Position numbers and translations under genes: made by a program. From the NCBI GenBank assembly GCA_017533325.1, contig JAFXIF010000061.1, positions 28-64,027 on the forward strand: DNA of 64,000 bases, read 5' to 3'. The notes under the pieces are model-generated. The model worked only from the letters and a program-made list of their open reading frames with translations. It was not told the origin of the DNA and searched no databases. This document shows positions 19,807-27,812 of this stretch, in pieces (position 1 is the first letter of the stretch; each line of letters opens with the position of its first letter). The stretch is from Alphaproteobacteria bacterium (GTDB taxonomy: Bacteria; Pseudomonadota; Alphaproteobacteria; CAAHEQ01; UBA3637).

Positions 19807-20568
19807 ATGCGCAAAATTAAAATTTTCATTCTTTATTTTTGTTTGATGTTTACCCTGCCCGTTTTGGCCAATCAAGAAGCAAGTTCAATGGGCGAAAAAT
19901 CACTACCCCAAATTGTTTCATCACTGACAAAAAACATCAAAAATCCATTAAAAAAAGCAAAAGTTCTTGCTGTTTTTATTGCTGAACATTATGAGCGTGA
20001 CGGATTTATAAAAAAAGAAAAAGATAATGCCGCCAAAAGAGGAAAAATATATAAAATTCCTTATCAAAGCAATCTTTTTGAAACAAAAATCGGGGATAGC
20101 TATGCTTTTGCCGATTTATATCAACAAATGTGTCAATTAGCCGGATTAGAAGCGGTTGTCATTGAAGGATATAGCGGCCGGCGAATTGAAGCTTTCTCGG
20201 TTAAAAGAAAAGAGCAAAAAGCCATTAAACAAGCATTCAATATGCTTTCAGGGAAACAAGATTCATCTTTGGAACGGTATAAATCCGCATGGAATGCTGT
20301 TAAAATCGATGACAAATGGATTTTAGTCGATACATATTGGATGATTAAAGGTGAAAAATACAGCTATAAAAACATCCAATCGGAAAAACGCATGAAACGT
20401 ATCCTAAAACAAAATCAAGGCAAAAAACTTTCCAAGAAAAATTCTTCCATCGATATGGATTTTTTTGATGCAAAACCAAAAGATATGATTAAAACTCATT
20501 TTCCTTTTGATGAAACTTATCAACTTTTGAAAAATCCTTATTCTTTAAATCGTTTTTTAAATCAATAG
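19807..20568 (+). CDS. Secreted transglutaminase-like fold protein (catalytic Cys/His apparently substituted)
   Basis: The start is set at ATG 19807, with a perfect AAGGAGG RBS 7 nt upstream. The signal peptide is MRKIKIFILYFCLMFTLPVLA. The stretches GDSYAFADLYQQMCQLAGLEAVVIEGY and SAWNAVKIDDKWILVDTYW resemble the transglutaminase-core G-x-C...H-x-W...D layout, but with Ser at the Cys and His positions. This is a by-eye alignment. Confidence 0.45.
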   Translation: MRKIKIFILYFCLMFTLPVLANQEASSMGEKSLPQIVSSLTKNIKNPLKKAKVLAVFIAEHYERDGFIKKEKDNAAKRGKIYKIPYQSNLFETKIGDSYAFADLYQQMCQLAGLEAVVIEGYSGRRIEAFSVKRKEQKAIKQAFNMLSGKQDSSLERYKSAWNAVKIDDKWILVDTYWMIKGEKYSYKNIQSEKRMKRILKQNQGKKLSKKNSSIDMDFFDAKPKDMIKTHFPFDETYQLLKNPYSLNRFLNQ

Positions 20569-20591
20569 CGGTTTCGAAATTTTAAATTTTC

Positions 20592-20620
20592 TTGACGAAA
20601 ATAAAAAAATAAGTTATAAT
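20592..20620 (+). promoter_or_regulatory. Near-consensus sigma70 promoter (TTGACG-17 nt-TATAAT) for the S/N-rich orphan gene
   Basis: TTGACG at 20592-20597, a 17-nt spacer, then TATAAT at 20615-20620, 31 nt upstream of ATG 20652. Confidence 0.45.
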
Positions 20621-20651
20621 TACTAAAGGATAAAAAAGAAAGGGTGCATAA

Positions 20652-21785
20652 ATGACAATGGGAACAGTTCAATCAAAATGGCAACAAATTAACGGCAGTA
20701 ACATGCTTGTTTTGGTTCGTGAAACCGGGGAAACGGTTGCTCTTCCGATTGAACAAGTTTATCAAATTTTAAATCCGGTTGTAATCGATCAAGATGGGGC
20801 GCCAACTTTTTTAGTTGATGTAACAGATGCCATAACCCCTCAACAAAAACAAGCTTTGTATAACACTCCGACACCGCGCTTTGTGTCAAGTCCCTATCGC
20901 ATAACTTATGCCGAACTTGCTTCAATTTCACAAACGGGGAAACCGGTTATTGAGTCCCTTCAAAATCAATCAAACACGCAAAGCATTAATCTTGCCGGTG
21001 CTATGACGGGATTAGCCGGCGTGGCAAGTTTAGGTGCCAGAAGCACAAATTCCATCACAAGCGGAGTCAACAGCATTTCCAATGGGGTCGGAAATTTACA
21101 AAATATTGACAGTATATCCGATGTTTCTCGTGGCACAACTCAACTTTCCAATGGGCTTAATCGTTTTGCAAACTTAACGAACAATGGCAATGCCGCCGTT
21201 GATGCCACACAAGGAACGGATGATCGAAATTTCTTTTTGTCAGCCGGCAATTGGCTTGATAATTCTTTATTTGGATCTATTGCCGATCTTATGCCGATAG
21301 ATATGTTAAAAAAAGCTGTCAAAATGATCGGCGGATGTATTTCAGGTCTTTTCAAAACCCTTGGATATATCATTGAAGGGGAATGGGATAAAGCCGGATC
21401 TGTCGGGTTAAGTTGGTTAAAAGATGCAGCCGTTACCGGCGCCTTAACCTATGGAGCCTATTATCTCGGAAAAGAACTCAATTTATTTGGGAAAGAGGAT
21501 GAAGATGAAAACACCTCTTCAAATTCAGGAAGCAATTCTAATGATAACTCTAACGATAATTCTAATAACACCCCAACGGTTAATGTTTCCGTTTCAAAAG
21601 AAGATTCATTAGAATTGGTTCATAGGCCCAGCTCAAACAGCACTCCTGTTGCCGTTTTAGATCAAGCCGGAAAAATCATCACGACCGGACAAAGTCATTT
21701 ATCAGGCACCAGCACCATTTTAAATAATGGAAATTCCTCAACTGTGTTTGAATACACAATTAATCAAAAAGTGGATACAAAATAA
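20652..21785 (+). CDS. Hypothetical S/N/G-rich protein with a central hydrophobic region (orphan, effector-like)
   Basis: 377 aa in five parts: a globular N-terminal ~100 aa; a low-complexity S/N/G/T region; a hydrophobic/amphipathic block (IGGCISGLFKTLGYII...AAVTGALTYGAYYLG); an acidic stretch with SNSGSNSNDNSNDNSNN repeats; and an S/T-rich tail. No family recognised. Confidence 0.6.
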   Translation: MTMGTVQSKWQQINGSNMLVLVRETGETVALPIEQVYQILNPVVIDQDGAPTFLVDVTDAITPQQKQALYNTPTPRFVSSPYRITYAELASISQTGKPVIESLQNQSNTQSINLAGAMTGLAGVASLGARSTNSITSGVNSISNGVGNLQNIDSISDVSRGTTQLSNGLNRFANLTNNGNAAVDATQGTDDRNFFLSAGNWLDNSLFGSIADLMPIDMLKKAVKMIGGCISGLFKTLGYIIEGEWDKAGSVGLSWLKDAAVTGALTYGAYYLGKELNLFGKEDEDENTSSNSGSNSNDNSNDNSNNTPTVNVSVSKEDSLELVHRPSSNSTPVAVLDQAGKIITTGQSHLSGTSTILNNGNSSTVFEYTINQKVDTK

Positions 21786-21798
21786 TTTTTAAAAGAAT

Positions 21799-21832
21799 AA
21801 AAAAAAGCGACTTTAAAAAGTCGCTTTTTTTT
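21799..21832. terminator. Bidirectional rho-independent terminator between the convergent S/N-rich gene and frr
   Basis: Perfect inverted repeat aagcgacttt/aaagtcgctt flanked by an A-run and a T-run. Confidence 0.6.
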
Positions 21833-21843
21833 GTTTCTTAAAC

Positions 21844-22404
21844 TTAAATTTGCTTAATTTCGGCTTCTTTATTTTTTAAAGCATCATCTAAAGCTTTGAT
21901 ACCTTCATCCGTTAATTTTTGAATTTCGGTTTCATAACGCTTTTGTTCATCTTCCGTAATTGAATTATCATTTTTAAGTTTTTTAATTCCATCTAAAGCA
22001 TCACGGCGAAGATTACGAACGGAAACACGGGCTGTTTCCGTATATTTGCCGGCAATTTTAATTAATTCAATACGGCGTTCTTCTGACAACGGAGGGATTG
22101 GAATTCTGATCACAACACCATCATTCATCGGATTTAATCCAAGACCGGCTTCCACAATGGCTTTTTCAACTTTTTTAATCATTGATTTATCCCAAACCGA
22201 AACCGTTAACATTCTGGCATCAGAAACAGTAACATTTCCGACTTGATTTAAAGGCACAATAGCCCCATAAGATTCAACCATAATACCATCTAAAAGAGCG
22301 GTTGTTGCCCGACCGGTGCGAAGGCCAGAAAAATCTTTTTTAAGAGAGTCTTGAGTTTTTACCAAACGCTCTTGCATATCTTGTTTAATTTCTGAATATG
22401 ACAT
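21844..22404 (-). CDS. frr: Ribosome recycling factor
   Basis: 186 aa with the typical RRF sequence (DFSGLRTGRATTALLDGIMVESYG...VRNLRRDA). Confidence 0.95.
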   Translation of the reverse strand: MSYSEIKQDMQERLVKTQDSLKKDFSGLRTGRATTALLDGIMVESYGAIVPLNQVGNVTVSDARMLTVSVWDKSMIKKVEKAIVEAGLGLNPMNDGVVIRIPIPPLSEERRIELIKIAGKYTETARVSVRNLRRDALDGIKKLKNDNSITEDEQKRYETEIQKLTDEGIKALDDALKNKEAEIKQI

Positions 22405-22472
22405 AATAATTCCTTTTGTTAAATAAAAAATATAAATTCATTTTACCTATTTTCTAAAAAAAAGCAATTAAT

Positions 22473-22508
22473 TTTCTTAAAAAATTCTTGTTTCTTAAAA
22501 AATTCTTG
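22473..22508 (+). repeat. Perfect 18-bp tandem duplication (tttcttaaaaaattcttg x2) upstream of the GT80-like gene
   Basis: Units at 22473-22490 and 22491-22508 are identical as read. They lie 34 nt upstream of ATG 22542. Confidence 0.75.
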
Positions 22509-22541
22509 ATTTTTTCTATATTTAAATTTACTCTTTTTTAT

Positions 22542-23888
22542 ATGGGAAGATTAAGGATCAAAATCTTTATTGTTTTTATTTGTTGCATCACAGTTTTGTT
22601 TCAACAAAGAAACACTCAGCATTTGCACCTTTATTTTGATCCGGCAACAACACCGGCCTTAGTTCAAATGACCCATTTTATAAATTTACCGCCAAATGAT
22701 TTAAAAATCATCAGTTGGAATAGATTTCATAATCATATTAAAAACAAAAAACAATTCCCAAACACCGATTTTTTTATTACCGATAAGAATGATTTTAACA
22801 ATTCTTCTCTTGTTTTCCAAAAAATTGAAAAAATCCTTCAAACCCAACAAAATGTTCATATACATTTACACTTTAATTTATTGCATCCCGCCATTTATAA
22901 TTTTCTTTCAAGCCACCCGAAAACAAAAGATAAAATCAAATCTGTTCACGTGTATGAAGATGCCAGCGGCCATTTTTTAAGAGATGCGAACAAAGATGAT
23001 TTTTTAACTTCTTTACCTAAAAATTCAACGCTTTATCATTGGGGAAATCTCTCAAAAATTTGCTCTGACAATTCCTTTTCAAGATGCTCACAAATCAAAA
23101 AAATTAAAAAAAACATCTCGTTAAAAGAAATCAATTTTCAAAAATTAGCACACACATTCACCGAAAAGAAGCGAAAAAAACTATTTGATTTAACCGGATT
23201 TGATTATGAAAAAACAAAAAAACTTTTATCCGGAAAAAAAACATATTTTTATATTTTAGGGTATGACTGGCAAAAACCTGTTATCGGCGCCCAATTAGCA
23301 GCATTAAAATATCTTTGTCAACCCTCCTCAAAAACAGGCACTCCAAAAGAAGGGGAAACAGCAAGTTCAAGTCAGTCTTATTGGTTTTATAAAAATCATC
23401 CGAGCGAATTAAATATGCCAAGACACGTCATTCTTGATCATTTATGCCCCAATATAAAATCCATTGCAACACACCTTCCTTTTGAACTTTTAATCCTAAG
23501 TGATTTATCCCCACATAATGTTGCCGGTTTTTCATCAAGTCTTTTTTTCAATTTATCTTCCGAACAAATAGCCGTTTATCTTGAAAGAGCAAATGACCCT
23601 TATCGCAACATTCTTGAAAAAAACGCGCTTATCCATCCCAACAAAATATGGACTCAAAAAGAAATTGATAAACATTTAAAAGAATCCAATATATTTGAAT
23701 TTATCGAAGATGACAACAAATCAAGCTGGTTTTTAAAAATAAATGAAAACAAAATGCTAAACATTTTCAAAAATGAAGAAGTAAAAATCATTGAACAGAC
23801 AAAAAATGATTTTGTCATTCAAAAAAACAAAAAGGACATCCATACCTATCAATTTCAAAAAGATTATCAATGGCTTAAAAAACCTTAA
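22542..23888 (+). CDS. Membrane-anchored GT80-like glycosyltransferase (PmST1-type sialyltransferase homolog), copy 1
   Basis: The start is set at ATG 22542 (MGRLRIKIFIVFICCITVLF signal anchor). Motifs match those recalled for Pasteurella multocida PmST1 (PmST1 form in brackets): LYFDPATTPALVQM (LYLDPASLPALNQL), HIHLHFNLLH (LNIHLNIAH), VYEDASG (LYDDGS), YKNHP (FKGHP), LPFELL (ISFEVL), VAGFSSSLFFNL (VGGVASSLYFSL). Confidence 0.65.
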   Translation: MGRLRIKIFIVFICCITVLFQQRNTQHLHLYFDPATTPALVQMTHFINLPPNDLKIISWNRFHNHIKNKKQFPNTDFFITDKNDFNNSSLVFQKIEKILQTQQNVHIHLHFNLLHPAIYNFLSSHPKTKDKIKSVHVYEDASGHFLRDANKDDFLTSLPKNSTLYHWGNLSKICSDNSFSRCSQIKKIKKNISLKEINFQKLAHTFTEKKRKKLFDLTGFDYEKTKKLLSGKKTYFYILGYDWQKPVIGAQLAALKYLCQPSSKTGTPKEGETASSSQSYWFYKNHPSELNMPRHVILDHLCPNIKSIATHLPFELLILSDLSPHNVAGFSSSLFFNLSSEQIAVYLERANDPYRNILEKNALIHPNKIWTQKEIDKHLKESNIFEFIEDDNKSSWFLKINENKMLNIFKNEEVKIIEQTKNDFVIQKNKKDIHTYQFQKDYQWLKKP

Positions 23889-23940
23889 AAATCTTCATTT
23901 TTCCCTTGCGTTTTAAAAAGAATTTAAGTAAGATAAAGCC

Positions 23941-25929
23941 ATGTCTGATTTATTTAATGCTACACAACAAAAAAACGAATACTCTGCCAGAGATATTGAA
24001 GTTCTGGAAGGGTTGGAACCGGTTCGCAAACGTCCGGGGATGTATATCGGCGGTATTGATGAACGCGCCTATCATCACCTTGTTGCGGAAATTATTGATA
24101 ATGCTATGGATGAAGCCGTTGCAGGTTATGCCACAAATATTGAGGTGAATTTATCTGCTGACGGGTATGTCACCGTAAGAGATAACGGTCGCGGTATCCC
24201 CGTTGATCCGCATCCGAAATATCCGGATAAATCTGCCTTGGAAGTTATCACAACAACCTTGCACTCCGGCGGAAAATTCGGTGGAGGAGCTTATGGTGTT
24301 TCCGGCGGTTTACATGGGGTTGGTCTTTCAGCCGTTAACGCTTTATCTTCTCACATGGTCATTGAAGTTGCCAGAGAGAAAAAACTTTATCGTCAAGAAT
24401 ATAAGCAAGGCAAACCCATCACGGACCTTGTTTGTGTCGGGGCTGTCAGTAACAGACGAGGCACCAGCGTTTCATTTATTCCGGACACTGAAATCTTTGG
24501 GGAAACAACAAAATTTAAACCATCGACTTTGTTTAGAATGAGCCGAACAAAAGCATTTTTGTTCCGTGGCGTTGAAATTCGTTGGTCTTGTGATCCCAGT
24601 TTAATCACAAATGAAGACAAGACACCTTCTGAACAAATTTTAAAATTCCCTAACGGCGTTGCCGATTTCTTGGATTATTTAATTAAAGACAGATCGGTTG
24701 TGACGCCAAAACCTTTCACAGGTCGAATTGAATTACCCGATAATGAAGGGGCTGTTGAATGGGCAATTTGTTGGTTAGATGATTTTAAAGACGGATTTTC
24801 CTATTCATATTGTAATACAGTTGTGACCCCTTTAGGCGGAACGCATGAAACAGGTTTAAGAGCAGGTTTAACAAAGTCTTTACGTTCTTATGCTGAAATG
24901 TCCGGCAACAAAAAAGCAGCGGACATTACCGCTGACGATATTTTAAACACAGCAGGTGTCATGCTTTCTGTTTTCATTAAAGATCCGCAATTTCAAGGCC
25001 AAACAAAAGAAAAACTTGTCACTACAAGTGCAGCTCGTTTGGTTGAAAATGCAATTAAGGATCCTTTTGATCATTGGCTGAGCCGAGATATCAAATCATC
25101 TAATATTTTGCTTGATTATATCGTTGAAAAAGCAGAAGAAAGAAAAAGAAAGAAAAAAACGCTTGAAACAGCCAGAGCAAGCGCCACAAAAAAATTGCGT
25201 TTACCTGGAAAATTAGCTGATTGCTCACATGGAAAAACACTTGGAACCGAGCTCTTTTTGGTTGAAGGAGATTCTGCCGGCGGATCTGCTAAACAAGCAA
25301 GAAACAGAGAAACTCAAGCTATTTTGCCTTTAAGAGGTAAAATTTTAAATGTTATCAGCGCCTCTCAAGATAAAATTTTGGCAAATGAAGAAATTAAGGA
25401 CATGACTGAGGCTTTAGGCTGTGGCAGACGCGATAAATATAATGAAGATGCGCTTCGGTATGAAAAAATCATTATTATGACTGATGCAGACGTTGATGGC
25501 GCTCATATTGCTTCTTTATTAATGTCTTTCTTCTATCAAGAAATGCCAAAGCTTATTGAAAACGGCCATTTATTCTTAGCTCTTCCGCCTCTTTATCGAT
25601 TAACACAAGGCGGAAAATCCGTTTATGCTGCGGATGATGAAGAGAAAGAAAAAGTTTTGAAAACAGTGTTTAAAAATGCAAAAAATGTGGATATTTCAAG
25701 GTTTAAAGGGCTGGGAGAAATGCCCCCACAACAATTAAAAGAAACAACAATGGATCCGAAAAAACGAACATTATTAAAAGTTGTTGTGCCACATAAAGCA
25801 ACAGAAGAAGAGGCCGAAGAAGCAATATATACAAAAAATATTGTTACACGACTGATGGGGACAAAACCGGAATATCGTTTTCAATTTATTCAGGAACACG
25901 CCCGTTTTGTTGAAAATTTAGATATCTAA
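23941..25929 (+). CDS. parE: DNA topoisomerase IV subunit B
   Basis: 662 aa with a GHKL ATPase N-terminus (LEGLEPVRKRPGMYIGG, HLVAEIIDNAMDEA), a Toprim region (ELFLVEGDSAGGSAKQ, IMTDADVDGAHI) and a GLGEM motif. Its length, and the lack of the ~170-aa GyrB insertion, favour ParE over GyrB. Confidence 0.85.
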   Translation: MSDLFNATQQKNEYSARDIEVLEGLEPVRKRPGMYIGGIDERAYHHLVAEIIDNAMDEAVAGYATNIEVNLSADGYVTVRDNGRGIPVDPHPKYPDKSALEVITTTLHSGGKFGGGAYGVSGGLHGVGLSAVNALSSHMVIEVAREKKLYRQEYKQGKPITDLVCVGAVSNRRGTSVSFIPDTEIFGETTKFKPSTLFRMSRTKAFLFRGVEIRWSCDPSLITNEDKTPSEQILKFPNGVADFLDYLIKDRSVVTPKPFTGRIELPDNEGAVEWAICWLDDFKDGFSYSYCNTVVTPLGGTHETGLRAGLTKSLRSYAEMSGNKKAADITADDILNTAGVMLSVFIKDPQFQGQTKEKLVTTSAARLVENAIKDPFDHWLSRDIKSSNILLDYIVEKAEERKRKKKTLETARASATKKLRLPGKLADCSHGKTLGTELFLVEGDSAGGSAKQARNRETQAILPLRGKILNVISASQDKILANEEIKDMTEALGCGRRDKYNEDALRYEKIIIMTDADVDGAHIASLLMSFFYQEMPKLIENGHLFLALPPLYRLTQGGKSVYAADDEEKEKVLKTVFKNAKNVDISRFKGLGEMPPQQLKETTMDPKKRTLLKVVVPHKATEEEAEEAIYTKNIVTRLMGTKPEYRFQFIQEHARFVENLDI

Positions 25930-25941
25930 ATCGGAGATAAA

Positions 25942-26511
25942 ATGAATTTCATCATCACCCTTTCCGGACAGCTTGGCAGTGGCAAATCCACCGTTGGAAA
26001 ATTGCTGGCAAAAAAACTTGGATACACCTTTTATTCAACCGGTAATGCCCAGCGGAAAATTGCCGCCGAGCGAGGATTAACAACACTGGAACTTAACAAA
26101 CTTTCAATGACAGATTCAAGTATTGATGAACAGATTGATTCTGTTTTTAAAGAATTGGTGCTTCAAGACGAAAATTTTATTGTTGATTCCAGATTGGGAT
26201 TCTTTTTTATCCCCTCCTCCTTAAAAGTCAAATTAAATGTGGAAACAAAAGTTGCAGCAAGTCGCATTTTTAATGATCCGACTCGATCTGAAGAAAAAAA
26301 ATATGCTTCAATTAAAGAGGCCGAAACTGCCTTATTAAACAGACGGGCTTTAGAAGTTGAGCGATTTAAAAAATTATATCATGTTGATATCGATAACGAA
26401 GCTAACTTTGATCTTGTTATTGATACAACAGGTAAAACTCCAGATGAAATTGTTAATCTGATATTAGAAAAATTCAAAAAATTTCAAAAAAGACGCTTAA
26501 AAGAAATTTAA
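25942..26511 (+). CDS. Short cytidylate kinase-family protein (archaeal/type-2 style CMP kinase-like)
   Basis: 189 aa with a P-loop (ITLSGQLGSGKSTVGKLLAKKLGY) followed by STGNAQRKIAAERGLT, DSRLG and RFKKLYHVDIDNEANFDLVIDT. This pattern matches the short cytidylate kinase family found in archaea rather than the ~220-aa bacterial Cmk. The start is 12 nt after the parE stop. Confidence 0.65.
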   Translation: MNFIITLSGQLGSGKSTVGKLLAKKLGYTFYSTGNAQRKIAAERGLTTLELNKLSMTDSSIDEQIDSVFKELVLQDENFIVDSRLGFFFIPSSLKVKLNVETKVAASRIFNDPTRSEEKKYASIKEAETALLNRRALEVERFKKLYHVDIDNEANFDLVIDTTGKTPDEIVNLILEKFKKFQKRRLKEI

Positions 26512-26526
26512 AAAAAGAGGCATAAA

Positions 26527-27812
26527 ATGAAAACGATATTAAAATTAAGTGTTGTTTTTATTCTTTTATTTTGTGCTTACTTTACCTATACACCACCACC
26601 AAAAATTCATGTTTATTATGATCCGGCAACCTCGCCTGCTTTATTGCAAATGGTTGATTTTATTAATCAGGACGAGCAAGACATAAAATTCATTTTTTGG
26701 AAGAGATTTGATCAATATATTAAAAATAAAGAGAAATATCAAATACTTATTTTATAAATAACTGGGATCTTTTTTTTAAAAAACTTCAAGAAGTCTCTAA
26801 AGCAAATCCAAAATCAAAAATCATTTTACATCACAATCTCCATCATGATTATTTTTTCAATCATTTTATTGAGGTATTCCCAAAAAATAAAATTTTAGAA
26901 TCCCACGCTTATGAAGATGCTTCAAATTATATGTGGTGGTCCCCAAAAAAAGACTATATTTTCTTTAACTATCCTAAAATAAAACATAAATTGCACATGT
27001 GGGGCGATATAAAAAAACTTTGCTCAACAAAAGATGCGCACCCTCAATGTGAAAGAATCAAAAAATTAGATGATCTTATAAAAATTATACCCGTTGACTT
27101 TTATGCTCTCAAAAATAAACTCGCCCCTGATGATTTGGAAAAAATCGCAGTTCTTGCCGGCGTTGATTTAAAAAAATATCAAAAACTTCTAAAAGGGAAA
27201 AAAACAGGGATTTATTTACTCGGATTTATTGCCGGAACAAATTTAGAAAGTTTTCAACTGGTGGCATTAAAAGACCTTTGCAAAGCCTATAAGGACACCA
27301 CCTGGTTTTATAAACCACATCCCACTCATTTAAAAACACCAACTCATAAAGTTTTAACGCATCTATGTCCCAATATTAAACCTTTAAATCATCAGATTCC
27401 TTTCGAATTTTTGATTTTATCAGGTTTAGCGCCACAATATGTTGCCGGAATCGGCTCTTCAACTTTTGCAAATTTAAACCCTGAAAATATCCTTTTTTAT
27501 ATTCAACGAGGATATGTTGATTCTTATACGAACACGTTAAAAAAGGCAAAAATTCTCCCTGAAAAAGGAAAAGTTATTACACCTGAACAATCAATAAAAA
27601 AAATAATGAAACTTAATATGTTTTTTATCGGTAACGCTGGATGGTTTATCAAAATTGATAATGAATATTGCAAGATGACGCAAAATGAGTGTTACACAAT
27701 CGTTGAGGACACTCCCACAACAAAAACATTCAAAAACAAGAAAAATCAATTAGTTAAAACAAAACATATTGAGTCTTATAAGTGGTCAAAATTTGAACTC
27801 ATCAACGAATAA
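26527..27812 (+). pseudogene. GT80-like glycosyltransferase, copy 2, interrupted by a single frameshift near 26740-26745
   Basis: ORF 26527-26757 (signal anchor plus VYYDPATSPALLQMVDF) is in a different frame from the open frame 26730-27812 (NWDLFF..ILHHNLHH..AYEDAS..YKPHP..IPFEFL..VAGIGSSTFANL). Joined at tat-caa-a/at-act, the two pieces align with copy 1 across its whole length. Confidence 0.65.

Noticed and set aside
26740-26745. The GT80-like copy 2 frameshift as a phase-variation (contingency) switch.
   Set aside because: The A-run at the shift site is only about 3 nt and there is no long homopolymer or tetranucleotide repeat. A fixed indel, pseudogenisation or a sequencing error is more likely.
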